From contig CAYPMW010000001.1 in assembly GCA_964412165.1 (NCBI GenBank), positions 16,316-80,315 of the forward strand: a stretch of DNA of 64,000 nt, given 5' to 3'. Shown here one piece after another: positions 1-10,432 of the stretch. The notes under the pieces are model-generated. The model did not search any database, had not been told where the DNA came from, and was given only the letters and a program-made list of their open reading frames with translations. This DNA is from an uncultured Gammaproteobacteria bacterium. GTDB lineage: Bacteria; Patescibacteriota; Microgenomatia; UBA10105. The position numbers were made by a program, and so were the translations under genes. The number at the start of each line of letters is the position of its first letter. The first letter of the stretch is position 1.

Positions 1-1434
1 ATTTTATTTTTCATCTTCGTTATATTAACATCGATATTTTTAGCTTTTTGGGAACTGGATCAGGTTGATCTTGAAGCGAGTGAGGATATATATATAGCAG
101 ATAGTGTGGGATATCTGCGTCAAGATCCGTATATTGTTCCCCGGCATCATCTGCGAAAACCACATGCTCCAGCGAGTCCTCACCCTTTTTTTGTACAGTT
201 ACTCACATATCTTGTTTTTAGAATATTTGGTTTATCAATATTTTCTGCCAGACTACTCCAAGCAAGTTCATTAATCATTACCACGCTCTTGGTAATGTTT
301 ATTAGTTATCAGCTATATAAATTAAGTATACTAGCTATTTTTTCAGGTTTTATCTATGCAACTATTCCTTTAGTAGTTCGATTTAGCAGAATGGCGGTAC
401 TTGATCCGATGCTAGCACTAATAGTTGCGTTAGGTATGATTTGGTCATGGTCACTTATTTCAGTCAGAGGGAGACACATCTATATTTTTGCAGGTCTTTG
501 TGGTTTAACTCTTGGAATATCGGCGTCAATAAAATTAACTGGTATATTTTACTTTATTCCTTTTGTGATACTACTGTTTCTGTTTTTTATTAAATCTCGA
601 AAAATATTGTATATCAAGGTTTTTTTACTTTTTCTATTCAACGGAGCATTAGTATTCGTATTATTTAATGATCCTTATTCATATATTTACTCCTGGGCAA
701 ATTTTTCAGATCCAAAATATAAAAACATCTCACTTACAGCAATATTAAAGGGTCCTCTGGCATTTCGTTATTGGTACCTGTTCGTTATATCACTTATTGG
801 CTTTGGGATTGTATCAGTATGTATTATCGCAGCTATCCGGTACCGTAGATTTTGGATTTCAAATGAACGAGTATTTATACTTACTTGGTTACTGTCGCCA
901 ATTATTTATCTTATTCTTAACCCCCCTCATATAACCGGGCTTAGTGCTGAATGGTCGTACGTACCGGTGTTTGTTCCTCTTTCACTCATTATAGGAAAAA
1001 CGTTAATTGCTCTGATAAAACGCCAGAATGTAGCAGTCAAGATAAGTGTCATCTGCTTATATTTTGCAACAACCTTTGTGCCTTTACTGAGTTATGGATT
1101 ACGCTTTAAACCAATGCCGCTTGCGTCGTTTCTTCACGCACGCAACGTGGTACGCAACGATTTAGCAGTTACTAAAACAATCTATCGATTAAATCAAGAA
1201 TCACGTAACATTTTAGTGCTTGTACAATTAAAAAGCGTCGGATTTCCACTATGGTTACTTAATGATACGATAAGAACCGAACCTATGTATCGTTCAATTG
1301 ACGTCTATGATTTTGTGGTGACGGATAATCAGGATCTTATAACGACAGTAATTGGTAACGGGTTCACTGTTGTCTCACGTGAAAAGAATCCTACTGAAAG
1401 CGAAATAGTGCTACTTAAAAAAGGTTTGAACTAA
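1..1434 (+). CDS. GT-C fold membrane glycosyltransferase (ArnT/PMT_2-like), 5'-truncated by window edge
   Basis: Frame is open from base 1 (ILFFIFVILTSIFLAFWELDQVDLEASEDIY..), so the ORF-track start at 106 is not the true start; multi-TM; HPFF, RLLQA, SRMAVLDP and SIKLTG match the ArnT/PMT layout. Confidence 0.75.
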   Translation: MLFFIFVILTSIFLAFWELDQVDLEASEDIYIADSVGYLRQDPYIVPRHHLRKPHAPASPHPFFVQLLTYLVFRIFGLSIFSARLLQASSLIITTLLVMFISYQLYKLSILAIFSGFIYATIPLVVRFSRMAVLDPMLALIVALGMIWSWSLISVRGRHIYIFAGLCGLTLGISASIKLTGIFYFIPFVILLFLFFIKSRKILYIKVFLLFLFNGALVFVLFNDPYSYIYSWANFSDPKYKNISLTAILKGPLAFRYWYLFVISLIGFGIVSVCIIAAIRYRRFWISNERVFILTWLLSPIIYLILNPPHITGLSAEWSYVPVFVPLSLIIGKTLIALIKRQNVAVKISVICLYFATTFVPLLSYGLRFKPMPLASFLHARNVVRNDLAVTKTIYRLNQESRNILVLVQLKSVGFPLWLLNDTIRTEPMYRSIDVYDFVVTDNQDLITTVIGNGFTVVSREKNPTESEIVLLKKGLN

Positions 1435-2841
1435 CCGCTTACAAGGTAATAATGTAATTACTAAGGGTATAAACCAAAATCCAATCAGTAACTCCTTCAG
1501 CCCCTGGGGAAATGCACTTACTTTATATGATTTATACGTTTCCAGCAAAATATTTCGCGCGGGTACCCAATTTATCACGCAGTTTTTCCCCATATTTCTA
1601 AAATTACTCCATGGAAGTTCTACTTGATTGGAAAAAATTGAATTTGCATTAATATAAAATTCGCGATCTGAATAATCAAGTGCATACGGAGCAGTGAAAT
1701 ATTGATTAATGAAAAATATTTCAATAATGAAACTCATTAAAAAGAAATAACGATTTGATTTTTTTTTAAATAATATATTCGCGATGGTTTGCAGTCCAAA
1801 AACGATAAAAAAGGATGTAAAGGGGACAAGTAATGCAATTCGATGCAGTATTTCCCGATTGATGAATTCACCTTGGATTACACGCGCGTGGATGAAGGAA
1901 ATGGAAATTAATACCGCAAATACCGGAAAAATAAGCTCATATTTCTGTTTTTTTATGATAGTAAACATTCCGAGAAGTATTAAGACTACTTTTCCAATAC
2001 TTGTGAGTGTTAACGTCTTGCTTAACCCAAAAAAAACTCCCGCGTAATAGAAAACAGCCGCGACATAAGTTTGTAAGTTAGTATAAAAAGAGGGGGGATT
2101 GAATGCTGTTGCAAAAAGACTTGGAAATAATCGACCAGTAGTATAAACACTTAATCCAATAAACGGCAATATCAATAAAGCAACTGGAGCAATTATTGAT
2201 ATAAGCGAATATTTTTTTCCGGATAATTTGACGATATCCATCACCTGCAAGGCCCAAACCGTGACACTGAAATAAAGCGCAGTTTCTTTGCTTAAAATAT
2301 TAAGACTTAAAAACACAGACGACAGAAATAGATACAATTTACTTCTAGAATTTTTCCATCTCAAGTGAAAATAAATTCCAGATAAAGACCATGCCACGAC
2401 AAACACATCAGCTTTTAAAGTAGAAAGCGCATACGTATCGAAAAAAGGAAAAAATATCGGTAACGAAGCAACACAAAATGCAACCCGAGGCTTAAAAAAA
2501 TTCAGCGCGATTAAAAATATAAAAGGAAAAATAAGAAATCTCGGTATAAAATATACAATATAGATTGCTTTTAAAGTATGTCCGAATAACGCAAAAGAAA
2601 GAGTAAGGAGTAAGGGAACTAGTGGAGGACGTGCCTGTAAACCGGTCAATTGAGGTAAACCCGCGTAATTGTTTAACTCAATAAAACAATATTGTTTTTG
2701 GACATATAACCCATCGGCTTCACCAAGGATTTCTAAAAAGTCCTTTTCAAGAAGATGTATTCGCATAAAAATAGGAATCAATGACAGAATGCAGATTGAG
2801 AGGAATAACCACGAATTTACAGAAAACTGTTTAAATTGCAT
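1411..2841 (-). CDS. GT-C fold membrane glycosyltransferase (PMT_2/ArnT-like)
   Basis: 476 aa polytopic; acidic EADG-x-Y loop after TM1, RPPLVP, LSKETA; converges on the previous gene with a 24-bp overlap. Confidence 0.65.
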   Translation of the reverse strand: MQFKQFSVNSWLFLSICILSLIPIFMRIHLLEKDFLEILGEADGLYVQKQYCFIELNNYAGLPQLTGLQARPPLVPLLLTLSFALFGHTLKAIYIVYFIPRFLIFPFIFLIALNFFKPRVAFCVASLPIFFPFFDTYALSTLKADVFVVAWSLSGIYFHLRWKNSRSKLYLFLSSVFLSLNILSKETALYFSVTVWALQVMDIVKLSGKKYSLISIIAPVALLILPFIGLSVYTTGRLFPSLFATAFNPPSFYTNLQTYVAAVFYYAGVFFGLSKTLTLTSIGKVVLILLGMFTIIKKQKYELIFPVFAVLISISFIHARVIQGEFINREILHRIALLVPFTSFFIVFGLQTIANILFKKKSNRYFFLMSFIIEIFFINQYFTAPYALDYSDREFYINANSIFSNQVELPWSNFRNMGKNCVINWVPARNILLETYKSYKVSAFPQGLKELLIGFWFIPLVITLLPCKRLVQTFFK

Positions 2842-3044
2842 ACATATTGAAGTAAAGTAGTTTTTGTTTGCGTAAATCGGTCATCAAATTCCCTATTACG
2901 GTGTGATAATTTTGATTTTAATATTTTGTTACCTTTGTGACTTACAAATAGATGAAATTATTTCTAGTATTCGACATCAAGTATTTCTTTGTCGCATATT
3001 ATAACAATCGATAAAAACTGTCATTCAAGATTCAGTTAAGTAAA

Positions 3045-3053
3045 TGTTATACT
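3045..3053 (+). promoter_or_regulatory. Extended -10 promoter (TG-T-TATACT)
   Basis: TGTTATACT 20 nt upstream of ATG 3074 in a divergent intergenic region. Confidence 0.45.
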
Positions 3054-3073
3054 CTATTTAGAATTTCTTAAAA

Positions 3074-3859
3074 ATGAAATCCGATCTTACGATTCACATG
3101 ATCGTTAAAAACGAAGAACAGTGGGTGTGGTACGCAATTAATTCAGTACTTAAATTTATTGATCAAATAATTGTTTACGATACTGGATCAAGCGATAATA
3201 CAATAAATATTATTAAAACAATAAAAACCGGCAAATTAATTTTCTCTGAGCTGGGAAATCTTACAGCGCGTGAATTAGTCATACTCCGGAATGATCAGGT
3301 ATATAAAACAGGCACCTCTTGGTTTATGTTGCTCGATGGAGACGAGGTGTGGTCGCAAGCGGGGATACAAGAAGTTCTGCGGAGGATTAAAACGACCCGA
3401 TTACATATATCAGCTTTTATTTCGAAAACTTTAGTGCCCGTTGGTGATTTATTTCATTACCAATCTGATAATGCTGGAAAATATGTAATAAAAAAAAGAC
3501 AGGGGCATTTCAACCTAAGAATTTATAAAAAGATGGAAGGATATCATTGGGAAGGCACATATCCTCTTGAAGCATATGTCAACCGAAGAGGCAAACCAAT
3601 CCAGTCGGAAGAGGACAAACTTGAATTTTTAGATGAACCCTATTGGCATTTGACTCATTTGAAACGCAGTAGTATCGATACTCATATGAAAAGAAAGTTA
3701 GAAGTTGGAGGATATAAAAAAATATATTTACCCGAAGTATTTTTCTACACGAGACCCTGTACGATTCCCTCGCCATGGATATCTTTTGATAATAAGGAAT
3801 TACTTCTAGCTCAGTTTTTAACTCCGTTGATTAAAGTTAAACGAAAACTCGTAACTTGA
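3074..3859 (+). CDS. GT2 glycosyltransferase (WaaE/KdtX-like)
   Basis: MIVKNEE, YDTGSSDNT, LDGDE (DxD). Confidence 0.85.
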   Translation: MKSDLTIHMIVKNEEQWVWYAINSVLKFIDQIIVYDTGSSDNTINIIKTIKTGKLIFSELGNLTARELVILRNDQVYKTGTSWFMLLDGDEVWSQAGIQEVLRRIKTTRLHISAFISKTLVPVGDLFHYQSDNAGKYVIKKRQGHFNLRIYKKMEGYHWEGTYPLEAYVNRRGKPIQSEEDKLEFLDEPYWHLTHLKRSSIDTHMKRKLEVGGYKKIYLPEVFFYTRPCTIPSPWISFDNKELLLAQFLTPLIKVKRKLVT

Positions 3860-3872
3860 TGTTTTTAAACTA

Positions 3873-5078
3873 ATGGAAAATGTGCAAAAGCATAATAAAA
3901 TTATACTCTTAATTACTTTTGGATTATTTCTTCGCCTTATTTTTATTAATCCAGTGCCAGCTCCAGATGCCGCCTCATTCGTAATCTGGTCAGACTATTT
4001 ACACTCTCACAGAATTGCCGATTTATATGAATTTTTACCAAATGGGTATCAACCTTACCCACCGGCATACTATTACGTACTAAAATTTCTTGGATTTCTT
4101 ATATCATTTCTCAAAATACAAAATAATATGTGGTTCGCTCTACTTTTAGTTAAAATTCCTGTATTTATTGCGGATATCGTTGTTGGTCTCCTTATATATA
4201 AATTAGTTCTAGATTGGAAAAAAATTGAGACTAAAGCATTGACGGCAAGTGCATTTTATTTCCTACATCCAGCCGTTATATTTACAGTGTCTGTATGGGG
4301 TCAGATAGACTCGATTATTATATGTTTAACAATGTTAAGTATCTTACTGATTGTAAAAAATAAAACTTTTGCAGGACTAATGTTGTTCACTATAAGTAGT
4401 TTAGTCAAACTACAAACATTTGCCCTATTGCCATTCATGATTTTTTGGTTATTAACCAGAGTTTCACCGAAAAAATTAGTTTTATACATGTTTAGTTGCG
4501 CGTTACTTGTAATACTTCTATCATTACCGCTTCTATTACCTAAAGGCATACATTGGACTCTTTCTTATTATTATAGTTTACCCAACCAATATCCATATAC
4601 ATCCGTGTATTCCTATAGTTTATGGGCTTTATTCGGATTTATGCAATCTGATGGAATAAAACTATTTGGAATACCTTATAAATATGTGGGAATTGGTCTT
4701 TTCTGGATTATCAGTTTTATGATTCTATTACCAATGCAAAAACGAAAATTACATTTTAATTTAATTTTTTTTGCTATATTTTTATTATGGTTTAATTTTG
4801 CTTTTTTTTCAACCCGGATGCATAGTCGCTACTTGATTTATTCATTAGGTTTTATATCAATTTTCTTCCCTCGATTTTCAAAATTAGGAATTGGACTCTC
4901 AATCCTTATGCTTCTTAATTTATTACTACCTCTGAATAATCCCCAATACGTGTATGTGAATCAGATATTAAAAAAACAATTAATCGTCCAGATTTTTGTT
5001 TTATACGCACTCGCTTTATTTGTCTGGAGCATGAAGATTTATTACCAAATGATCAATGCAAAGCAAAAACATGAATAA
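3873..5078 (+). CDS. GT-C membrane glycosyltransferase (GT87/ALG6/PIG-M-like, probable mannosyl/glucosyltransferase)
   Basis: YPPAYYY, VKIP..IAD, WGQIDS, RMHSRY; about 10 TM segments. Confidence 0.7.
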   Translation: MENVQKHNKIILLITFGLFLRLIFINPVPAPDAASFVIWSDYLHSHRIADLYEFLPNGYQPYPPAYYYVLKFLGFLISFLKIQNNMWFALLLVKIPVFIADIVVGLLIYKLVLDWKKIETKALTASAFYFLHPAVIFTVSVWGQIDSIIICLTMLSILLIVKNKTFAGLMLFTISSLVKLQTFALLPFMIFWLLTRVSPKKLVLYMFSCALLVILLSLPLLLPKGIHWTLSYYYSLPNQYPYTSVYSYSLWALFGFMQSDGIKLFGIPYKYVGIGLFWIISFMILLPMQKRKLHFNLIFFAIFLLWFNFAFFSTRMHSRYLIYSLGFISIFFPRFSKLGIGLSILMLLNLLLPLNNPQYVYVNQILKKQLIVQIFVLYALALFVWSMKIYYQMINAKQKHE

Positions 5079-6405
5079 AAAAATTATTTATTACCTGGGA
5101 GTAATACTAATTGTACACGTTTGGTTATCGTATGAGGTAAGTTTTACTGCGTGGCCTGAAATGATAACTTATCCCTGGTTGATGGAAAAAGGATTTCTAC
5201 TTTATACCGACGTAATACTACCTTACTTACCATTATTACCCTGGACTTTATTTATTTTTTTCAAGGTATTTGGATTTTCTATAAACAATTTGCATCTTTT
5301 TACGATCATATGGTTGGGAATGATAGATATTTTCATATTTATGATAATCATGAAAAAAAATGGTATTTATCCGGCAATAATCGGTACACTTTTCTTTATC
5401 ATAACCCAATTTTTATTAGAAGGAAATGGATTATGGTTCGATGAATTTGGGATACTATTTATTTTAATAGCATATTTTCTAGTTGAATTTACGAAGGTGT
5501 TTAAGGGTAAATATTTTTTGATGGGTGCACTCATTGGCCTGGCTTTTTTAGTAAAACAAACATACATCCTATTCTTAATTCCTCTATTAAAAAACTATTT
5601 TCCTCATTATAAAAAAATAATATCTATAATTATTGCGGCATTTATCCCATTAGGTGTAGTAATGACCTATTTTTGTATTAATCGACAGTGTCAAGAGTTT
5701 ATGTATTGGAGCATATGGCATCCATTATTTGTGCATTCGCGAATCCCGGGTTTTATGTTACCGCCAAATCGGCGTGAGATTATACTTACTTTGCTGCTGT
5801 TTTTACCTTACCTCGTAATTTTTTTTAATAAACACACACGACTTTGGATAATGGGACTTATATTGTCGTCGTTTCTTATACTTCCACGATTTGCATATTT
5901 TCATTTGATTCCGGCATTAACGTTCGTGAGCATATTATTACCTGAAATTTTAAAAATCAAAAAAATTAAAATGTTAACAGTGATGTATCTGCTACTGTTT
6001 TTCAGTTTAAGCGCATTTTTTATTATAAAATCATGGCAGAAACCAGTGCGCTTTTTTGATCCTGAAGTTTTGAAAGATAGGAATCGATTAGCTGAATCGC
6101 TTCCAACAAATAGTACTATTTATTTTTATAATATACCGGCACATTATTTCGTCATGACACCTTTTACTCCTATTAAGCCATGGGCAGATACGTTTCCGTG
6201 GTATCTGGAAGTGTCTGGCGTCCAAGAGCAAATAATTCAGTCATTACACGATACTCAATATGTGGTACATACACCTTTTCAGAACGAGGGAGATTTTATT
6301 CCCGGCACTTATAAACCGAAGCTGATAAATAAATATTTTCAGGAACATTTTTCACTGCAATCAATGATTACTCCTCAGTTACTCCTATTTAAGCGAGTAT
6401 ACTAA
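5056..6405 (+). CDS. GT-C membrane glycosyltransferase (ArnT/PMT_2-like); start may be ATG 5071
   Basis: WPE..YPWLM..G.LLY.D, LWFDE, LVKQT; polytopic with a soluble C-terminal domain. Confidence 0.7.
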   Translation: MQSKNMNKKIIYYLGVILIVHVWLSYEVSFTAWPEMITYPWLMEKGFLLYTDVILPYLPLLPWTLFIFFKVFGFSINNLHLFTIIWLGMIDIFIFMIIMKKNGIYPAIIGTLFFIITQFLLEGNGLWFDEFGILFILIAYFLVEFTKVFKGKYFLMGALIGLAFLVKQTYILFLIPLLKNYFPHYKKIISIIIAAFIPLGVVMTYFCINRQCQEFMYWSIWHPLFVHSRIPGFMLPPNRREIILTLLLFLPYLVIFFNKHTRLWIMGLILSSFLILPRFAYFHLIPALTFVSILLPEILKIKKIKMLTVMYLLLFFSLSAFFIIKSWQKPVRFFDPEVLKDRNRLAESLPTNSTIYFYNIPAHYFVMTPFTPIKPWADTFPWYLEVSGVQEQIIQSLHDTQYVVHTPFQNEGDFIPGTYKPKLINKYFQEHFSLQSMITPQLLLFKRVY

Positions 6406-6414
6406 CTGTTAACA

Positions 6415-6423
6415 TGTTACAAT
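6415..6423 (+). promoter_or_regulatory. Extended -10 promoter, probably leaderless transcript
   Basis: TGTTACAAT ends 7 nt before GTG 6431; no SD motif. Confidence 0.5.
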
Positions 6424-6430
6424 TTAAACT

Positions 6431-7492
6431 GTGAAAATCGCTTTTTTGTCGTTTTATAATGGCCGAGTAGATAGAGGAGTGGAAGTCGCTACACGGGTTT
6501 TGGCTAAAGGTTTATCGCCACTATTCGATGTAACATTATTCCAAGCTGGGATTAATCAAATGTACGATGTAAAAACTGTCGTATTAAATTCGCAGAAAAA
6601 TTGGCCTGAGGATTCAAGTAATTCATTCTTAAGAATAATATACCTTGATTATTACAGTATAAAGATTTTGTGGTTTACACTACTTTTCCTGCCCTATTTT
6701 ATAAAAGAACGGTATGATGTAGTTGTGCCGACTAATGGAGGATGGCAAAGTGTCATACTGAGGCTCGTGACATGGCTTTACCATAAAAAATTACTTGTGC
6801 AGGGAAACGCTGGAATAGGAAGGGATGACTGGTGGCAATTAGCATGGAAGCCTGACGAATTTATTGCGATCTCACCTCAGGGTTATAAATGGGCTAAAAA
6901 AGTGAGCGCGTCAACCAAGATCCGATATATTCCCTTTGGTGTGTCAGTCGGGCAAATTCTAACTGCCAAACCTGCACATGTTGCGTTAAACAAACCTATT
7001 GTTCTATGTGTGTCAGCATTACTTCCCTACAAAAGAATTGACCTACTTATTCGAGCTGTTTCATTACTGCCGGATGTAAGTTTACTGATTATCGGATTCG
7101 GACCAGACGAAAAACGCATAAGAGATCTAGGTGAAAAAATGCTTGGTAAACGAATTAATCTCTTGACTGAAGTAAAACATAACCAATTATTTTCTTTTTA
7201 CAAGTCAGCTGATGTATTTTCGCTTCCCAGCGCATCAACAGAGGCGCTCGGAATAGTGTATTTGGAAGCTATGGCAGCGGGTTTACCTATAGTAGCACCT
7301 GATGACTATCATAGAAGGTCACTTTTGAAAGATATAGGTATATATGTGGATCCGACTGATGCACCGGAGTATGCGCGCGGAATAAAGAAAGCCTTAGAAG
7401 TTAGCGATAAAAATAGAATTATTGAATTCGCAAAACAGTTTGACTGGGACAAAATCATTCAGACATACGCAGAAGTAATAAGTTCAATGTAG
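6431..7492 (+). CDS. GT4 glycosyltransferase
   Basis: GVE, YKRID, EALGIVYLEAMAAGLP (Ex7E). Confidence 0.9.
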   Translation: MKIAFLSFYNGRVDRGVEVATRVLAKGLSPLFDVTLFQAGINQMYDVKTVVLNSQKNWPEDSSNSFLRIIYLDYYSIKILWFTLLFLPYFIKERYDVVVPTNGGWQSVILRLVTWLYHKKLLVQGNAGIGRDDWWQLAWKPDEFIAISPQGYKWAKKVSASTKIRYIPFGVSVGQILTAKPAHVALNKPIVLCVSALLPYKRIDLLIRAVSLLPDVSLLIIGFGPDEKRIRDLGEKMLGKRINLLTEVKHNQLFSFYKSADVFSLPSASTEALGIVYLEAMAAGLPIVAPDDYHRRSLLKDIGIYVDPTDAPEYARGIKKALEVSDKNRIIEFAKQFDWDKIIQTYAEVISSM

Positions 7493-7495
7493 TCT

Positions 7496-8329
7496 ATGAA
7501 ATGTAGTGTAATCATACCAGTTTATAACGAGGCATCCGTAATTCTCGATTGTTTACAGTCACTCATTAAACAAACGGTCAAAGCTGAAATTGTAGTAGTG
7601 GATGACGGGTCAACTGATCAAACATCCTTACTTATTAACCAAATTGAAAGATATCTTCCGCTGAAATATCTAACACAAAAGCACCGTGGTCCCGGGGCCG
7701 CTAGAAATTTAGGTGTAATAAATGCGATGGGTAACATACTGGTATTTGTTGATGCCGATATGACTTTTGCTCCTGATTTCATTGAAGATCTTATTGCACC
7801 AATAATTCAAAGTAATACTAAAGGGACTTTTACCACCGAAGAGTTCGTTTCAAATTGGGGAAATATATGGGCGCGATGTTGGAATTTTAATAATAATTTA
7901 TCCGGTAAAAAACGACTTCCTGATAATTATCCTAATACTGCACCGGTTTTTAGAGCGATACTCAAAAGTGAATTTATAAAGGTTCAGGGATTTGATGAAG
8001 AGTCGGGTTGGATTGATGATTGGACGCTTTCGACGAAACTAGGATATAACTCTGTAGCAACAAAGGCTATTTGTTATCATAAGAATCCTGATAATTTACA
8101 CGAGGTTTTCAATCAGGCTATATGGATTGGTAAAAATGAAAATATATCGGGAGATTTAGTGAAAATTATTACAAATGTTCTGCGGTATAATCCAGCAGCA
8201 AGTGTAATGGCCGGGGTGATAAAAATGATACGGTTTAAAGCGCCTGCTTTCGTAATTTTTAAAATTATATATGATCTCGGAATTTTGGTTGGGATATTAA
8301 AAAGTTTTACGGGAATACGATATAGATAA
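7496..8329 (+). CDS. GT2 glycosyltransferase
   Basis: SVIIPVYNE, VDDGSTD, GPGAARNLG, FVDAD. Confidence 0.9.
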   Translation: MKCSVIIPVYNEASVILDCLQSLIKQTVKAEIVVVDDGSTDQTSLLINQIERYLPLKYLTQKHRGPGAARNLGVINAMGNILVFVDADMTFAPDFIEDLIAPIIQSNTKGTFTTEEFVSNWGNIWARCWNFNNNLSGKKRLPDNYPNTAPVFRAILKSEFIKVQGFDEESGWIDDWTLSTKLGYNSVATKAICYHKNPDNLHEVFNQAIWIGKNENISGDLVKIITNVLRYNPAASVMAGVIKMIRFKAPAFVIFKIIYDLGILVGILKSFTGIRYR

Positions 8330-9720
8330 TGATACTGATTATTTTAGCAAGTTTTATTATTCGGATGGTAAGAATTGATCAATCTCTTTGGCTTGATGAG
8401 GCTGCTCAAGCTATTGAGTCTGCGCGTCCTCTGTCTCAGCAACTTGATATTTCCGGAGATTTTTGGCCACCACTTTATCATATTCTTCTTCATTTTTGGA
8501 TCAGCTTTGGCAGATCTGAAGAATGGTTGCGCCTACTTTCTGTGATATTTGGGGTCGTCACCGTTTATGTCACCTATTTATTTGCTAAGAAAATAACTAG
8601 CCATAAAACTGCTCTATTTGCAGTGATTTTATTGGGTAGTTCACCATTTCATGTGTGGTATTCACAGGAAATTCGACCTTATGCGCTGTCTGCTTTATTG
8701 GGCCTTTTCGCTACCTATTTTCTATTTAATAAAAAGTGGCTCATATACGCTTTTATTAGCTGTGCATTTCTTTATACAATTTATCTAGCCCCTTTTTTGC
8801 TTTTTGCTCATGGAATATGTATTTATATTTTTGAAAAAAAACACTTTTCTCAATGGTTAATTACTGTGAGTCTTGCGGTCGTATTTTTCCTTCCATGGTT
8901 ACCACAATATTATAATCAAATATCAATTGGTAGGGGATTGACTGTCACCTTACCGGGTTGGAGTGAGGTAGTAAGCACTCCACTTCTCAAGGTAGTTCCT
9001 TTGGTTTTCTTAAAATTTTTGATTGGGAGAATTTCTTTTGATAATAAATTTCTTTACGGAGTGGTAGGACTTCTGCTTTTTTTATTCATCGCACACATCT
9101 CATATCAAGCTTTTCAAAAAAACAAAAGATTATTCGGTATAATATCTTTATTTATTGGAGTGCCATTCATTGCGGCATTTTTAGTAAGTATTTGGTTGCC
9201 AATATTGGCTCCACAGAGATTACTTTTTACATTACCATTTTTTTATATTCTCATTTCTTTAGGAGTAATGACCCAGAAAAAGCACCGAGTATTTTTAGTA
9301 GGGTTCTTATTAGTGATACATAGTTACAGCTTATACTTGTATTGGACCCAGCCGCGTTTTCAGCGCGAGCAATGGCGTCAGTCTATTCATTATGTGGAAA
9401 ATAATAGAACATCATCCTCGCTTGCACTTTTCGCATTTCCTGATGCTTTTGCACCATGGCAATGGTATACCAAAAATATGGTCAAGAGTGTTGGTGTAGC
9501 GCCTACGTTTGTTATTGATCCTATGGAGCTTAAAAAATTTGATCCGGTGATCTCTCGCGCAGATCGTCTATTTGTTTATCATTATCTTATGGATCTGACT
9601 GATCCATATAAATATCTTCCTCGGTACCTGCGTTCCCTGGGATTTATTGAGGTTAAAACACGTGATTTTCCTGGAGTTGGCTTTATCACTATCTATGAAA
9701 AAGCTGTTGCATACTATTGA
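8329..9720 (+). CDS. GT39/PMT_2-family membrane glycosyltransferase
   Basis: SLWLDEA, PPLYH, LRLLS, YSQEIRPYAL. Confidence 0.85.
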   Translation: MILIILASFIIRMVRIDQSLWLDEAAQAIESARPLSQQLDISGDFWPPLYHILLHFWISFGRSEEWLRLLSVIFGVVTVYVTYLFAKKITSHKTALFAVILLGSSPFHVWYSQEIRPYALSALLGLFATYFLFNKKWLIYAFISCAFLYTIYLAPFLLFAHGICIYIFEKKHFSQWLITVSLAVVFFLPWLPQYYNQISIGRGLTVTLPGWSEVVSTPLLKVVPLVFLKFLIGRISFDNKFLYGVVGLLLFLFIAHISYQAFQKNKRLFGIISLFIGVPFIAAFLVSIWLPILAPQRLLFTLPFFYILISLGVMTQKKHRVFLVGFLLVIHSYSLYLYWTQPRFQREQWRQSIHYVENNRTSSSLALFAFPDAFAPWQWYTKNMVKSVGVAPTFVIDPMELKKFDPVISRADRLFVYHYLMDLTDPYKYLPRYLRSLGFIEVKTRDFPGVGFITIYEKAVAYY

Positions 9721-10432
9721 GAAATTGTTGGGAATCTACCGCTGGCACCCGACAATCGCCCTTCGTTATCTGCCTATTGTTGATGAAATTAAGTCATTAT
9801 CTCTTGAGAATTCTGATATTTTGGAGGTTGGTTCAGGAGGGTTGGGGATTACACCTTACATAAGAAAAAAAGTTATTGGCATTGATGTAGAATTTTCTCC
9901 TCCAATTCACGAGAATTTAATACCTGTAAAAGCTTCAGCGATACGTATACCGTTTAAGGATGATGCATTTGACGTAGTGATTTCAATAGACATGCTCGAA
10001 CATATTGAGGAAAATTACCGCAGGCAAGCAATATTCGAACTACTTAGAGTAACCAGGAAACTATTATGCATCGCAGTTCCTTGCGGGCAGCTATCTCAAA
10101 AACAGGATAGTGAATTAGCTTCTGTATATAAAAAACTACTTAAAAAAGAATTTAATTTTTTTGCAGAACATGAAACATTAGGTCTGCCGGATAAAGACTG
10201 GATAGTCAGTGTAATACATGAAGAAAGCCAAAAACTACAAAAGCAGATTAAACTTAAAACCAACGGGTTTTTAAACTTGGGTTTGCGGTATTTTTTGATG
10301 CGGGGGTGGATATCAAACAATCCATTCGTAAATGTTATTTTCCGGAAAGTTTTACTTATTTTTATACCCTTAATGAGACGATATAATCACGAACCCACTT
10401 ATCGGCAGCATTTTTTTGTTACAATAGGATGA
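9695..10432 (+). CDS. Class I SAM-dependent methyltransferase (probable glycan O-methylation)
   Basis: ILEVGSGGLG motif I, IPFKDDAFD, DMLEH; in-frame ATG 9695 preferred to TTG 9647. Confidence 0.85.
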   Translation: MKKLLHTIEKLLGIYRWHPTIALRYLPIVDEIKSLSLENSDILEVGSGGLGITPYIRKKVIGIDVEFSPPIHENLIPVKASAIRIPFKDDAFDVVISIDMLEHIEENYRRQAIFELLRVTRKLLCIAVPCGQLSQKQDSELASVYKKLLKKEFNFFAEHETLGLPDKDWIVSVIHEESQKLQKQIKLKTNGFLNLGLRYFLMRGWISNNPFVNVIFRKVLLIFIPLMRRYNHEPTYRQHFFVTIG

